A stretch of 64,000 nucleotides of DNA from a virus (Duplodnaviria; Caudoviricetes). Shown in pieces: positions 10,246-19,892 of the stretch. The translations under genes and the position numbers were made by a program. The notes under the pieces are model-generated. The model had not been told where the DNA came from, searched no databases, and saw nothing but the letters and a program-made list of their open reading frames with translations. Position 1 is the stretch's first letter. Each line of letters starts with the position of its first letter. Location: positions 1-64,000 of IMG/VR virus record IMGVR_UViG_3300027971_000029; one strand, given 5' to 3'.

Positions 10246-10649
10246 TATGAATACGCCGCAGTAAAGACACAGTGAACATTGCTTGTAGTACGCACAATAT
10301 AATCAATTCTATCAACAGAATTTGCGGCTGTTGACAAAGTTGGTGCAGTACCATTAATAAAATCATAACTTGAACCGTATGCAAGTGTTCTGCTACCTGT
10401 ACCATCTTGAACAACAAAGATTGAACCTGATTGACCAGCAGTTAATGCGCTAGGATTAGCAAGAGTCCTGTTACCACCAAGAGTCACTGTGAAGTTACAG
10501 CTTGTCTGTAAGTTTGGTGTGATGGTTGCGGCATCAGTCAATGTCGTAATTGTTGGAGCCAAAGCACCATCGATTGTGTCGCTCAATGCCAACTCACCTA
10601 ATGAAGTAACATCAGTACTTGTGTAAATTGATTTAACTATTCTAGCCAT
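10245..10649 (-). CDS. Fibre adaptor-like virion protein
   Basis: NFTVTLGGNRTLANP...GQSGSIFVVQDGTGSRTL...APTLSTAANSVD. Confidence 0.7.
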   Translation of the reverse strand: MARIVKSIYTSTDVTSLGELALSDTIDGALAPTITTLTDAATITPNLQTSCNFTVTLGGNRTLANPSALTAGQSGSIFVVQDGTGSRTLAYGSSYDFINGTAPTLSTAANSVDRIDYIVRTTSNVHCVFTAAYS

Positions 10650-10667
10650 ATATTTCTTCTTTTAAAA

Positions 10668-10823
10668 TTAAGACAGTTGAATTGCATCGTATGTTCCATC
10701 ATATTTATAGAATGGAATTTGACCGAGTTGCAGTACAAGTGCAGTGTTTAATGTTCCATCATATTTATAGAATGGAAATATCGCATTAGTTAAAAATGTT
10801 GATTTTATTCTACTTAGTGCCAT
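10668..10823 (-). CDS. 51-aa protein with duplicated PFYKYDGT motif
   Basis: Below the ORF-track cutoff. MALSRIKSTFLTNAIFPFYKYDGTLNTALVLQLGQIPFYKYDGTYDAIQLS; fills the gap between neighbours. Confidence 0.7.
   Translation of the reverse strand: MALSRIKSTFLTNAIFPFYKYDGTLNTALVLQLGQIPFYKYDGTYDAIQLS
10691..10777. repeat. 27-bp exact direct repeat, two copies 60 bp apart
   Basis: atgttccatcatatttatagaatggaa at 10691-10717 and 10751-10777. Confidence 0.9.
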
Positions 10824-10826
10824 TTG

Positions 10827-11063
10827 TTATCCTTGAGGCATTGCAGATTTGATAGCATCAACTGTAGATGCTGAATCAATTGCTGTTTGCATTGTTGAGT
10901 ATTTTGTTCTGATGGCGGCTCTAGCGGCTTCAGCAGCCGTTGCATCGGCACCAGGAATCTGTTTCATAATAACTTCATCGTAAGGTTTGAATTCTTCCGT
11001 TCTGGCTTGACGGCGAATGTCATGTGCAATTGCTTTTGCTTTAGTTACATTGATGGTAATCAT
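10827..11063 (-). CDS. Small fibre-associated chaperone-like protein
   Basis: MITINVTKAKAIAHDIRR...; translationally coupled to the upstream gene. Confidence 0.7.
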   Translation of the reverse strand: MITINVTKAKAIAHDIRRQARTEEFKPYDEVIMKQIPGADATAAEAARAAIRTKYSTMQTAIDSASTVDAIKSAMPQG

Positions 11064-11323
11064 TCAGTCACCTCTTTAGCCGCTTGTTCTGCAAACCATG
11101 CATCAGCACCAATGGCATGACCAGTTGGATTTGTGAAGTCTGTTTCCCATGCATTGAAAAATGTGTAATCTTCAGGAAGTAATGAAAAATCAATGATGTG
11201 ATATGGTTTGCCAACCGGCACATCTTTACGAGCAATTTCTTCAATAGAAATACCACAACTAAGATTAGGCGTAACAATTGACAAGTGTCCTTCATCGTTT
11301 GGGTAAATAATAACTTGGCTCAT
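11060..11323 (-). CDS. Small fibre-associated partner protein
   Basis: IEEIARKDVP.GKPY.I...LP.D..FFNAW pattern. Confidence 0.7.
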   Translation of the reverse strand: MSQVIIYPNDEGHLSIVTPNLSCGISIEEIARKDVPVGKPYHIIDFSLLPEDYTFFNAWETDFTNPTGHAIGADAWFAEQAAKEVTE

Positions 11324-11333
11324 ATTTTCTTTC

Positions 11334-12152
11334 TTACCTGAAAAATATTAAATAAAAATTATTTGGTTCTGTTGGGGTGATGTTACTCATATTTAATACA
11401 TAAAATCGATAAGACCCAACAGCAACACCGCCTCCATTATATCCAGCAACTTGTGCGTTTGACCCGCCTGGACCACTTGCTATTCCTGCAATTGCATAAC
11501 TAGTATCTAGTAAAGCGGATGAAAAATTAATTGTATAATCACCTCCACCATTTCTTGTTACAGAACTAACATTAAAAGAAGCACCTACTGTAACTGTGCT
11601 TGATGCAATGCTACAAGAAACCCATGCTTTTGCTGTTGTTGAAGAATAAACTGGTTTAGTTGCTGTGTTTTGAGTACTACCGCCCACAAACATATTACCA
11701 GAAGAGTCAATACGCATTCTTTCTGTGCTGTTTGTATAAAACAGTTGTGAGTGTGCTGAAAATGTACCAAGAATTCCGGCACCCAAAGTTGCGGATTCGC
11801 AGATAAATCTTGCGTCTGCTGTGTCACCAGTAAGGCGTATGCCCTGCGCTGTGGTAACACTGTTACCTGTAATAACAAATTTTCCATCTGTGGGTGAACT
11901 AGTACCAACCCCCACATTACCAGATGCATCAAGACGCCAACGCTCAACACCTGCTGTGGTAAGTGCAATTGTATTTGCAAGTGGCATGTACATACCAGTT
12001 GATGTGTTACCACTGAAAGCAATTCCTGGTCTGCTCACACTACCAGCATTAAATGTACTAGTATTCGAAAATGTCACCTGCGCCGCAACATTAATCGAAG
12101 ATGCGTATGATGCATCTGATTCTATGCGGTCAACAATTATAGTACCTGCCAT
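11334..12152 (-). CDS. Tail fibre / receptor-binding module
   Basis: ERWRLDASGNVGVGT and ERMRIDSSGN repeats; C-terminal AKAWV...NVSSVTRNGGGDYTINF domain. Confidence 0.75.
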   Translation of the reverse strand: MAGTIIVDRIESDASYASSINVAAQVTFSNTSTFNAGSVSRPGIAFSGNTSTGMYMPLANTIALTTAGVERWRLDASGNVGVGTSSPTDGKFVITGNSVTTAQGIRLTGDTADARFICESATLGAGILGTFSAHSQLFYTNSTERMRIDSSGNMFVGGSTQNTATKPVYSSTTAKAWVSCSIASSTVTVGASFNVSSVTRNGGGDYTINFSSALLDTSYAIAGIASGPGGSNAQVAGYNGGGVAVGSYRFYVLNMSNITPTEPNNFYLIFFR

Positions 12153-12172
12153 TTTTTATCCTAATTCTTTAT

Positions 12173-12439
12173 TTACGCTTTTGGGTATTTGGTTTTGACT
12201 GCTTGGCAGTCAGCAATGTACTTAGCAATCTGTGCTTGGTCACCTTTTACGATACCATCAAGATAATCAGTGATTGGTGGATACTCTGCTTGGCGTTTTA
12301 ATATGTGAGCATGAGCATCAATGTATACTTGAATTGCGGTTTCATTTAATTTAACTACATTATCATTTTCATCATAGGCAACATCGTTACGAATTGTTGC
12401 CACATTAGAATGAGTTTTATATACTGCTTCGTGATTCAT
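12173..12439 (-). CDS. Small partner protein, EYPP family
   Basis: Start reassigned to the ATGA overlap (MNHEAVYK); RQAEYPPITDYLD...VKTKYPK. Confidence 0.75.
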   Translation of the reverse strand: MNHEAVYKTHSNVATIRNDVAYDENDNVVKLNETAIQVYIDAHAHILKRQAEYPPITDYLDGIVKGDQAQIAKYIADCQAVKTKYPKA

Positions 12440-13089
12440 GCCGCTATCTCCATTGCTGTCATTGTACACATTCCAGGAGCACCACCAATGGCTCTTTGGT
12501 TAAAATAGCTTGTTTGCGTTGGTGCATTTCCATTGTAAAAAACTAATTCATATGTTTGTGCAGAAATTGTCCCTGGCGAATATATTTTATTTAAACTTGC
12601 AAAGTACAGAGAATTGGTAGCATTAGTTCCTGACTGATTAAAAACAGTAATATAGCTGTTGGTATCTAATGTTGAATTTACTCTATATGCATAATAGCCA
12701 AAATCAACAGTACTGCAAGACCAACCCCAATTAGAAAATACTAAAATTCTACTTGTCGTGCTGGTTGGAGTTATAGTGACAGATAGCCCCGTAGCAGTTG
12801 GATTATTATTTGAACCATTAGATGCGGATGATGTTACAATTGACTGAACTACTTGCAATACCGAACCAGTTTGTTGCAAAATTGGATTGCCAGAACTGTT
12901 TAATATTTTTGTGTTTGCGGCCGATAAAGTAACATTACCGTTTGCAGAAAATGTTCCGGAAGAAAATGCTCCAGCAAGTTGTAAATTTCCACTTGAATCA
13001 AATCGTGCATACTCAGTACCAGCTGAATTCAGAACGAATACATTTGATGTGGTAGACTGTAGTGTATCTGCTTTAATTGTGCTTGCCAT
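12436..13089 (-). CDS. Fibre module, GSVLQVV family
   Basis: GSVLQVVQ, GLSVTITP, SRILV and C-terminal MEIAA. Confidence 0.75.
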   Translation of the reverse strand: MASTIKADTLQSTTSNVFVLNSAGTEYARFDSSGNLQLAGAFSSGTFSANGNVTLSAANTKILNSSGNPILQQTGSVLQVVQSIVTSSASNGSNNNPTATGLSVTITPTSTTSRILVFSNWGWSCSTVDFGYYAYRVNSTLDTNSYITVFNQSGTNATNSLYFASLNKIYSPGTISAQTYELVFYNGNAPTQTSYFNQRAIGGAPGMCTMTAMEIAA

Positions 13090-13100
13090 AAATTTCTCTT

Positions 13101-13379
13101 TTATCCTTTTGGATACTTGCTTTTGACTGCTTGAACTTTTGCTAACATTTCAGCGGCAGCATCTCCGCCTTTCCATAAAGCATCAAGTTGGTCACCTATT
13201 GGCGGATATTCTACTTGGCGTTTAGATTTATATGCATGGGCATCAATGTAAGATTGAACTGTAGCTTCATTGTAGTGAACTACATTATTATGTTCATCAT
13301 ATGCAATCTCATCACAAATGCTAACGACTGTGGGATATGTTTTGTAAATTGCTTCATGTTTATTCATAATCATGCTCAT
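13101..13379 (-). CDS. Small partner protein, EYPP family
   Basis: RQVEYPPIGDQLDAL...VKSKYPK. Confidence 0.75.
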   Translation of the reverse strand: MSMIMNKHEAIYKTYPTVVSICDEIAYDEHNNVVHYNEATVQSYIDAHAYKSKRQVEYPPIGDQLDALWKGGDAAAEMLAKVQAVKSKYPKG

Positions 13380-14053
13380 GCTGATATCTCCAAAAGAGTG
13401 ATTTGCGCTTGATTACTATCAAGATTTACATAAAAATATCCGCTTGTGTTTGTATTTCCAAATTGTGTTTTGTAAGTGGTTGCAGAAGTAGTTGCAGGAG
13501 AATCAAGATAGCAACAACTCCATTTTTGGTCACCACCAACTGAGGTGGTATCATTTAAACAAACTCTTTGGTCAGTTAATAAATTTGTAGCGCCACGCTG
13601 TAAATAAACAGTTCCGCCTGCACTAGATGCTTGAGTTTTAAAAAAACGCTGACTTACTAAAACTAATATCTTGCTTGTTGAACTTATTGGAGTAATTGTT
13701 GCTGTCAAACCAGTATCAACTACAGTTGTACTTGCCGATGAGACGGTAGAAGTGGTTGTTCCATTTACTACTTGCAATACTGAACCTGTTTGTTGCAGAA
13801 TAGGCTTTCCAGAACTGTTTAGAATTTTTGTGTTTGCATTCGTTAAAGTAAGAGTTCCGGCAACATTCATAGTTCCAGTAACAGTCGCATTAGTGAGGGT
13901 TGCATTGCTGTTCGTTACATTAATGGTTACATTGTTTGTTGGAATCAAAGTCAATCCAGTGCTACTAGCCGTGAGGATAGTAGTGTTACCCACATTCAGA
14001 CTAATCTGCTGTGAGGTCGCTTGAATTGTATCTGCAATAATTGTGCCGGCCAT
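13376..14053 (-). CDS. Fibre module, GSVLQVV family
   Basis: GSVLQVV, GLTATITP, SKILV, LDSPATTSATTYK, ITLLEISA. Confidence 0.75.
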   Translation of the reverse strand: MAGTIIADTIQATSQQISLNVGNTTILTASSTGLTLIPTNNVTINVTNSNATLTNATVTGTMNVAGTLTLTNANTKILNSSGKPILQQTGSVLQVVNGTTTSTVSSASTTVVDTGLTATITPISSTSKILVLVSQRFFKTQASSAGGTVYLQRGATNLLTDQRVCLNDTTSVGGDQKWSCCYLDSPATTSATTYKTQFGNTNTSGYFYVNLDSNQAQITLLEISA

Positions 14054-14061
14054 GTTTTACC

Positions 14062-14484
14062 TTAAAATATTGTCCAAGTGCTGTTGTTCGCTATTGTTAC
14101 AACTACATTATTTGCAACAGTCAATGGACCAGCAGAACTTGCATTATAGCCTGTACTAATTGTGACATTCTCTGTCAGAGTAGCGGCGTTGATTCTAACA
14201 ATTCCATATGTATCTGCACTTAGATATGGATTTGTAAGTATTCTTTGTCCAAGATAAACAACTTCAATATTACCTGTACCAGCTGGTGGTGCTTCAGTAA
14301 ATACTAGTTGCCCATTGATTACTGCATACGAATCTGTCTTCTGCTTAACACCAGAAACGAAAACAAGCACGGATGCTTCGTTACCATATGGGTAAGTTAA
14401 TGTGAATGCAGTTGCTGTACCATCACCAGAATAAAATTCTGAGTTGAATGTTCCTGCTACTTGCTGTTGTCCTAGGTATGCCAT
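14062..14484 (-). CDS. Fibre adaptor-like virion protein
   Basis: MAYLG start; GDGTATAFTL...FTEAPP domain; C-terminal NASSAGPLTV...WTIF. Confidence 0.7.
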   Translation of the reverse strand: MAYLGQQQVAGTFNSEFYSGDGTATAFTLTYPYGNEASVLVFVSGVKQKTDSYAVINGQLVFTEAPPAGTGNIEVVYLGQRILTNPYLSADTYGIVRINAATLTENVTISTGYNASSAGPLTVANNVVVTIANNSTWTIF

Positions 14485-14492
14485 GTTTGTAT

Positions 14493-14654
14493 TTAGTTGG
14501 TTTCTTCAGCAGGTTCAGGAGTATTGCCTTCAGCAAGCCATGCAAGATATTTTTGGTAGTCGGTGTTGGCTGGGTCAAAGGGTATAACCAAATTATCAGC
14601 CAATTTACAAACGCAAGACACTTCATTGTTAGAGTTTTTAATAAGTTTGTACAT
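14493..14654 (-). CDS. 53-aa partner protein, WLAEGN family
   Basis: Below the ORF-track cutoff. MYKLIKN...[30 protein letters not shown]; starts right after the upstream stop. Confidence 0.8.
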   Translation of the reverse strand: MYKLIKNSNNEVSCVCKLADNLVIPFDPANTDYQKYLAWLAEGNTPEPAEETN

Positions 14655-15626
14655 TTACATCTCCGCAGAAAAAGTTAATGTTAGGTCAGTCCTACCATTT
14701 TGATAAAAATTGCCTACATAAGCGGAAGCAGTAGTTATTGTAAAACCAGCAGCGCCTCCACTTACTGACGGGCTTGTTCTCATTGGAGTAGCATATGTTA
14801 GTGAATACCAAGTTGCGGCTGGGTTAACCACAATTCCGGGTAAAACTTGATAGTATCTTAAACACAATACCAACTCACGACCATAGTCACGATAATCGAA
14901 TGCTGTGGCCTGTGGACCTTTTTCCAATTGAACACCAGTGATGTATAAAGTAGCACCACTGGAACCAACTATTGATGTTGATCCTGTGGCTTTTCTATAC
15001 CCACCAGCAGTCCATGTATTAGCAGTTGTTGCATAATTTGATCCTGATCCTAAGTCTATAGTAAACCAAATTCCAGTACCATTTGTTGCACCTACCCATG
15101 TTCCTGTTGTATCTCCTGGAATTGTGATAGTTTTATATTCCCAAGTATTAGAGGAATTAATTGTAAAACTGAAAGCATATGTTCTGCTAAAAGCATCATT
15201 TCCTATTGTGCCTGAAAATGTTCCTGTTAAAGAACTACGCACCCAAAAAGACACAGCAATACTTGAAGCACTTGAAGCACCAAAACTTAAATCTGCTGTA
15301 TTAAAACCTTCAATTGGTTGAGTTAAGTAAAACTGGTCTGTTGATAATGCCGAATAAGAGGATGATGAAGTTACGCCAAGATATTTTGTAAATCCTGCTG
15401 GCGGAGTTACAGAACCAGCATTTTGTTGTGCCGTAAATTTAGATGATTGAGTTACTCCGGCTTTCCATCTATCTACAATAAAACCACCATCCGCAGGAGT
15501 AACACTAGCACCAGCATTTCTCTGGTCAATCACCATGGCACCGTTAATGATTCTATTCTTAAATCCATACGGAGAAGAACCACCATTCTCATTGCTGAGT
15601 GCTTGCGATACTGTTTGAATTCCCAT
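14655..15626 (-). CDS. Fibre/carbohydrate-binding-like module, KNRIINGAM family
   Basis: FKNRIINGAMVIDQRNAGA...ITGVQLEKG...ELVLCLRYY. Confidence 0.75.
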   Translation of the reverse strand: MGIQTVSQALSNENGGSSPYGFKNRIINGAMVIDQRNAGASVTPADGGFIVDRWKAGVTQSSKFTAQQNAGSVTPPAGFTKYLGVTSSSSYSALSTDQFYLTQPIEGFNTADLSFGASSASSIAVSFWVRSSLTGTFSGTIGNDAFSRTYAFSFTINSSNTWEYKTITIPGDTTGTWVGATNGTGIWFTIDLGSGSNYATTANTWTAGGYRKATGSTSIVGSSGATLYITGVQLEKGPQATAFDYRDYGRELVLCLRYYQVLPGIVVNPAATWYSLTYATPMRTSPSVSGGAAGFTITTASAYVGNFYQNGRTDLTLTFSAEM

Positions 15627-15648
15627 TATTGTTCTCTTAAAATTTTAT

Positions 15649-15804
15649 TTATTCGTCAGCAGGAAGCGGTGTGTTGCCTTCAGCAAGCCATGCTTGAAAC
15701 TCTGGATTGTCTTCTGAGCAAGTCACACGACAAATATTGTCATCATCAATACGAGCAAATATTCTTGGTTCGCCTTGTATGGTTGGTAAATATTTGTAAA
15801 TCAT
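15649..15804 (-). CDS. 51-aa partner protein, WLAEGN family
   Basis: Below the ORF-track cutoff. MIYKYLPTIQGEPRIFAR...NPEFQAWLAEGNTPLPADE; ATGA overlap. Confidence 0.8.
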   Translation of the reverse strand: MIYKYLPTIQGEPRIFARIDDDNICRVTCSEDNPEFQAWLAEGNTPLPADE

Positions 15805-17579
15805 AGTTCTGCACTCCATCCAAGATAAACAGAAGTGGCGCCAGCCCTAAGTCCGACTCCTTGACCTGCCGTAAGCCCCGAAGCTACAGTACATTCAACC
15901 CTTGCAGTATTTGTAGAAGCAGTTGTAAAAGCTGGCACAGAAGATAGAACAGCCGCAGATGCCGCAAAAACTAATTGATAATTACCAGCAGTTCCAGATT
16001 GTTCTAATGCGGTAGGATTGGAACGCATTGTTACAGGGAATGGAATACTAATTGCGCCAACTGTACTGGAAACACACCAACCAACACCCATTAAATCACT
16101 GGATGAGTTTACCGTTTGTTTATAGTAGTACCTCTGACAAAGCGCCAACTCAGTACCAAATGGTCGATAATCGAATGCTGTGGCTATGCTACCCTTTTCT
16201 AGCTGTACGCCTGTGATGTAGAAAGTAGCGCCGTTTGTTGCCACAAAATTGGTTGCACCTGTAGCGGCATAGTGAGCGTTGGTTGTCCAGGCGCCAGCAG
16301 TTCCTATATTATAAGTAGAACCTGTACCTAAATTAAATAACACTTGAGGCCCACGACCGTTTGTAGAATTCCATGTGCCTATAGTTGGTCCTGCAATCGT
16401 TACAGTTTTTTGTTCCCATGTATTTGCTGATGAGATTGTGTATGTAAAAGGATAAAACGCAGTACCAGCGGCACCTTCAATTATGCTGCCACCAAATGTT
16501 CCGGTCAACGAACTACGAACCCAAAAAGAAAATGTGACTGTTTGAGCGCCAGAAGCGCCCCAGCCTAAGTCGGCAATGTTGTAACCTTCAATGAATTGTT
16601 GAATGCCAATTACATCAGTTGCCGCCACCGAATATGCAGAAGTTGAAGTAACACCAAGATAGTATTTGTATCCTGTTGGCGGCGTAACCGAGTTCACATT
16701 TTGCTGAACATTGAACCGTGCGGCTCCAGAGTTGTTTTGCACAGTCCAACGGTCAACCGTGTACACCCCAGTAGTTCCACTGACACTCGCACCCGCATTC
16801 CTTTGGTCAATCACCATCGCACCATTAATGATACGGTTCTTAAATCCAAAATCATTTGGTGCATTGATTGCACCAACAAGAGTTCCGTAAATGTTATTAT
16901 ATGTTGCTGTTGGTGAACCTATGTTCGATGTTGCATTAGCAGATGGAACAATAGCGGCAGTTGTTAATGTGCCAATAATTGTCGGTTGACTAATATTTGA
17001 ATTTGCAGCCAGCACTGTTATTGTGCTTGTTGTTCTGAAACCTAAATGACGGATGTGTACATTTGCATTCAATGGAGGTGCAGATGTAAATGTGATTGTT
17101 GTGCCAGATGTTGTATAGTGTGCAGGTGCTCTTTGAACAACACCATCGACAGTAACAAATACTGTGTTTGCATCAGCAGGCGGTTCTGATAATCCGTATG
17201 AAGACACATTACCATTTGCAGTGTAATTGTCTGTAGTAAAAACACGAATATTATTTGCTAACTTAGAATATGTGATAGAACCATCTGGCAATGAAACTTG
17301 AGCAGATGACTGATAGTTTCTGTAAACAACATAGACATTGTTTGTACCAGTTGGTGGTGCTTCTGTGAATATCAAAGAGTTACCATTGACAGTGTATGCT
17401 GTTATTGGTTCTTGTTGAATGTTCTCAACAAAGACTTCAAGGTCAGTTGCGAAATTAACTGAGCGAGTTAGTGTGAATGCTGTTGTTGAATTGTTACCAG
17501 AGAATCGTTCAGCATCCGTTGGTATCGGAGAAGAACGGCTTATATCCCACGGTAAATTATTATTTCCTAAGTATGACAT
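15801..17579 (-). CDS. Fibre module, KNRIINGAM family, with N-terminal adaptor repeats
   Basis: MSYLG start; two FT.APP domains; then FKNRIINGAMVIDQRNAGA...ELALCQRYY. Confidence 0.75.
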   Translation of the reverse strand: MSYLGNNNLPWDISRSSPIPTDAERFSGNNSTTAFTLTRSVNFATDLEVFVENIQQEPITAYTVNGNSLIFTEAPPTGTNNVYVVYRNYQSSAQVSLPDGSITYSKLANNIRVFTTDNYTANGNVSSYGLSEPPADANTVFVTVDGVVQRAPAHYTTSGTTITFTSAPPLNANVHIRHLGFRTTSTITVLAANSNISQPTIIGTLTTAAIVPSANATSNIGSPTATYNNIYGTLVGAINAPNDFGFKNRIINGAMVIDQRNAGASVSGTTGVYTVDRWTVQNNSGAARFNVQQNVNSVTPPTGYKYYLGVTSTSAYSVAATDVIGIQQFIEGYNIADLGWGASGAQTVTFSFWVRSSLTGTFGGSIIEGAAGTAFYPFTYTISSANTWEQKTVTIAGPTIGTWNSTNGRGPQVLFNLGTGSTYNIGTAGAWTTNAHYAATGATNFVATNGATFYITGVQLEKGSIATAFDYRPFGTELALCQRYYYKQTVNSSSDLMGVGWCVSSTVGAISIPFPVTMRSNPTALEQSGTAGNYQLVFAASAAVLSSVPAFTTASTNTARVECTVASGLTAGQGVGLRAGATSVYLGWSAEL

Positions 17580-17587
17580 AATTGTAT

Positions 17588-17746
17588 TTATTCGTCCGCA
17601 GGTAGAGGTTCGTTGCCTTCAGCAAGCCATTTGAGATATGCTTGGTAGTCTGTGTTGGCTGGGTCAAATGGAATACAAGCATTATCAGACAATCGAATCA
17701 CATCTTGTACTTGATTGTTTATAGGATTTTTAAAAAGTTTATACAT
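17588..17746 (-). CDS. 52-aa partner protein, WLAEGN family
   Basis: Below the ORF-track cutoff. MYKLFKNP...[28 protein letters not shown]. Confidence 0.8.
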   Translation of the reverse strand: MYKLFKNPINNQVQDVIRLSDNACIPFDPANTDYQAYLKWLAEGNEPLPADE

Positions 17747-18790
17747 TTACATCTCCGCTGTAGCAACTATTGGAGCAATGATATATGGTCTAGCTGTTGC
17801 TGTAAAACCAGTAGCACAAACTGTTCCTTCAATACTTGATGTACTAAATGTTGGTGTCCATGCTTGACCACCTTCAGAATTACCAGTTCCAGAAGTTATT
17901 GTTGGGGTTGCTCTCTTTGTAACTTTAAAAGGAATATAAAATCTTGCATTATCAGCACTACCATTATCAATGTAAACAGTTTGAGAAGCAACAATTTCAT
18001 AATATCTTTGGCACAATTGTAACTCAGCACCATATGAGCGATATTCAAAAGATGATGCAGTTGAACCTCTTTCCAACTGTACTCCTGTGATGTAGAATGT
18101 GGCGCCGTTTGTGCCTACTACGCTTGTTGCGCCTGTTGCGCTTCTATAATCACCAGCCGCCCATGCTCCAGCCGTTCCGCTAAAAGTAGAGCCTACACCC
18201 AATCCAAAATTAACATAAACCCCAATCCCATTAGTTGCCCCCGCCCAAGTTCCAGTAGTATCACCAGCAATTGTTATGCTGATTGTTGTCCATGTATTTG
18301 CTGAAGAGATGGTGTATGTAAAAGGATATGACCTATTAAAACTTGACCCATTTCCTAAACTTCCACCAAAAGTTCCAGTAAGTGATGAATAAACTCTAAA
18401 AGATAATGTAACTGTCTGTGCGTTTGCAGTACCCCAAGCTAAATCTGCAAAATTAAACCCTTCAATTGCTTGAATAAATGTGTAAATACTCCCAGCAACT
18501 ATTGAAAATGCGGATTGTGATGTTATTCCATAGTAGTTATTAAATCCCGTTGGGGGAGTTACCGAGCCAGCATTTTGTTGCCCAACAACTTTACCAGTTG
18601 TCGGGTATTGAACAACTTGCCATCTGTCAACCACATAACCACTAATAGTATTTGTTGTTGCCGCACCAGCATTTCTCTGGTCAATCACCATGGCGCCATT
18701 GATGATGCGATTTTTAAATTCAGTCCAACCACCAGATTGTACTGAGCCGTCTGCGAATACTATACTATCGCCACCGTATGATACACTCAT
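17747..18790 (-). CDS. Fibre module, KNRIINGAM family
   Basis: FKNRIINGAMVIDQRNAGA...ITGVQLERG...ELQLCQRYY. Confidence 0.75.
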   Translation of the reverse strand: MSVSYGGDSIVFADGSVQSGGWTEFKNRIINGAMVIDQRNAGAATTNTISGYVVDRWQVVQYPTTGKVVGQQNAGSVTPPTGFNNYYGITSQSAFSIVAGSIYTFIQAIEGFNFADLAWGTANAQTVTLSFRVYSSLTGTFGGSLGNGSSFNRSYPFTYTISSANTWTTISITIAGDTTGTWAGATNGIGVYVNFGLGVGSTFSGTAGAWAAGDYRSATGATSVVGTNGATFYITGVQLERGSTASSFEYRSYGAELQLCQRYYEIVASQTVYIDNGSADNARFYIPFKVTKRATPTITSGTGNSEGGQAWTPTFSTSSIEGTVCATGFTATARPYIIAPIVATAEM

Positions 18791-18793
18791 TTG

Positions 18794-19054
18794 TTATACC
18801 TTTGGATATTTGTCTTTAACTGTTTTAATCTGTGCTTTCCATGCATCAAGACCACCGTGATATAGAGTATCTAGTTGGTCTGGAATGGAAGGGTATTCTG
18901 CGGCTCTTTGATACTTGTATGCGTTAGGGTCGACCCAAGCATTGACGGCAGTCATATCAATTTCAATTTTGTTACCTTGAGCATCAAATGCGCCTGTGCC
19001 ATCATCAATCGTAACAACTTGTGGATAAAGAGCATATATTGCTTTGTGGTTCAT
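18794..19054 (-). CDS. Small partner protein, EYPP family
   Basis: RAAEYPSIPDQLDTLYH...VKDKYPK. Confidence 0.75.
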   Translation of the reverse strand: MNHKAIYALYPQVVTIDDGTGAFDAQGNKIEIDMTAVNAWVDPNAYKYQRAAEYPSIPDQLDTLYHGGLDAWKAQIKTVKDKYPKV

Positions 19055-19620
19055 GCCGCTATCTCCATGACTGTGATTGTTGATGTTGCTCTGGCCCCAT
19101 ACTGCGCCGAATCAGTATCACTATTATTTCTATTTACCCAAGCAGTATTACTTTGCACTGCCATTTGTAATTTGTATGTGGTTGCAGAGGTAGTTAATGG
19201 CGAATCTAAGAAAAACAATGGAAGTGAACCCGTGTGTGAAACATAGTCAGAATTTCCATAATACCAAGCAAAACTTACTTGCGCTCTTGAACCAGCAGAG
19301 TCACCAACACATATGGCGGTAGAATTTCTCATTAATCTAAAGAAATGTAATTGAGCACCAGATGTACCAACTGCTATATTAGCATTAATATAAATTTTAC
19401 TACTTGAACTTATTGGAGTAATAGAAACAGAAAGACCTGTAATATCAACAAAAGTGGGTGAAATTGATGCGGTTGAAAATGTATCCGTCTTTATTGATTG
19501 AACCACTTGTAACACTGCACCAGCACCAATTTTTGTAGAAGGTATGGCTGCGTTTGATAAACCAGAAATTGCACCATTACCAAAGGTCATGCTTCCGGTG
19601 CCGTCAAGAACTAATGCCAT
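19051..19620 (-). CDS. Fibre module, GSVLQVV family
   Basis: GAVLQVVQ, GLSVSITP, LDSPLTTSATTYK, ITVMEIAA. Confidence 0.75.
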   Translation of the reverse strand: MALVLDGTGSMTFGNGAISGLSNAAIPSTKIGAGAVLQVVQSIKTDTFSTASISPTFVDITGLSVSITPISSSSKIYINANIAVGTSGAQLHFFRLMRNSTAICVGDSAGSRAQVSFAWYYGNSDYVSHTGSLPLFFLDSPLTTSATTYKLQMAVQSNTAWVNRNNSDTDSAQYGARATSTITVMEIAA

Positions 19621-19892
19621 TATGATACTCCCTTTGGATATTTGTCCTTGACTGCTTTAATCTGTGCCGCTATCTCAGCGGGAAATACTCCAGCTTTATA
19701 TAGAGCATCTAATTGGTCACCTATAGGCGGATATTCTCTAGCACGAAGTTGTTTGTATGCATTGGCATCAATGTAAGCCTCAACTGCGGCTTCATTGTAT
19801 TCAACAATCTTTTCATCTTTGTCGTATGCAACATCACCACGGATTGAGACCACGGTAGGATTGAGTTTATAAATTACATCATGTTTGTTCAT
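19620..19892 (-). CDS. Small partner protein, EYPP family
   Basis: RAREYPPIGDQLDAL...VKDKYPK. Confidence 0.75.
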   Translation of the reverse strand: MNKHDVIYKLNPTVVSIRGDVAYDKDEKIVEYNEAAVEAYIDANAYKQLRAREYPPIGDQLDALYKAGVFPAEIAAQIKAVKDKYPKGVS

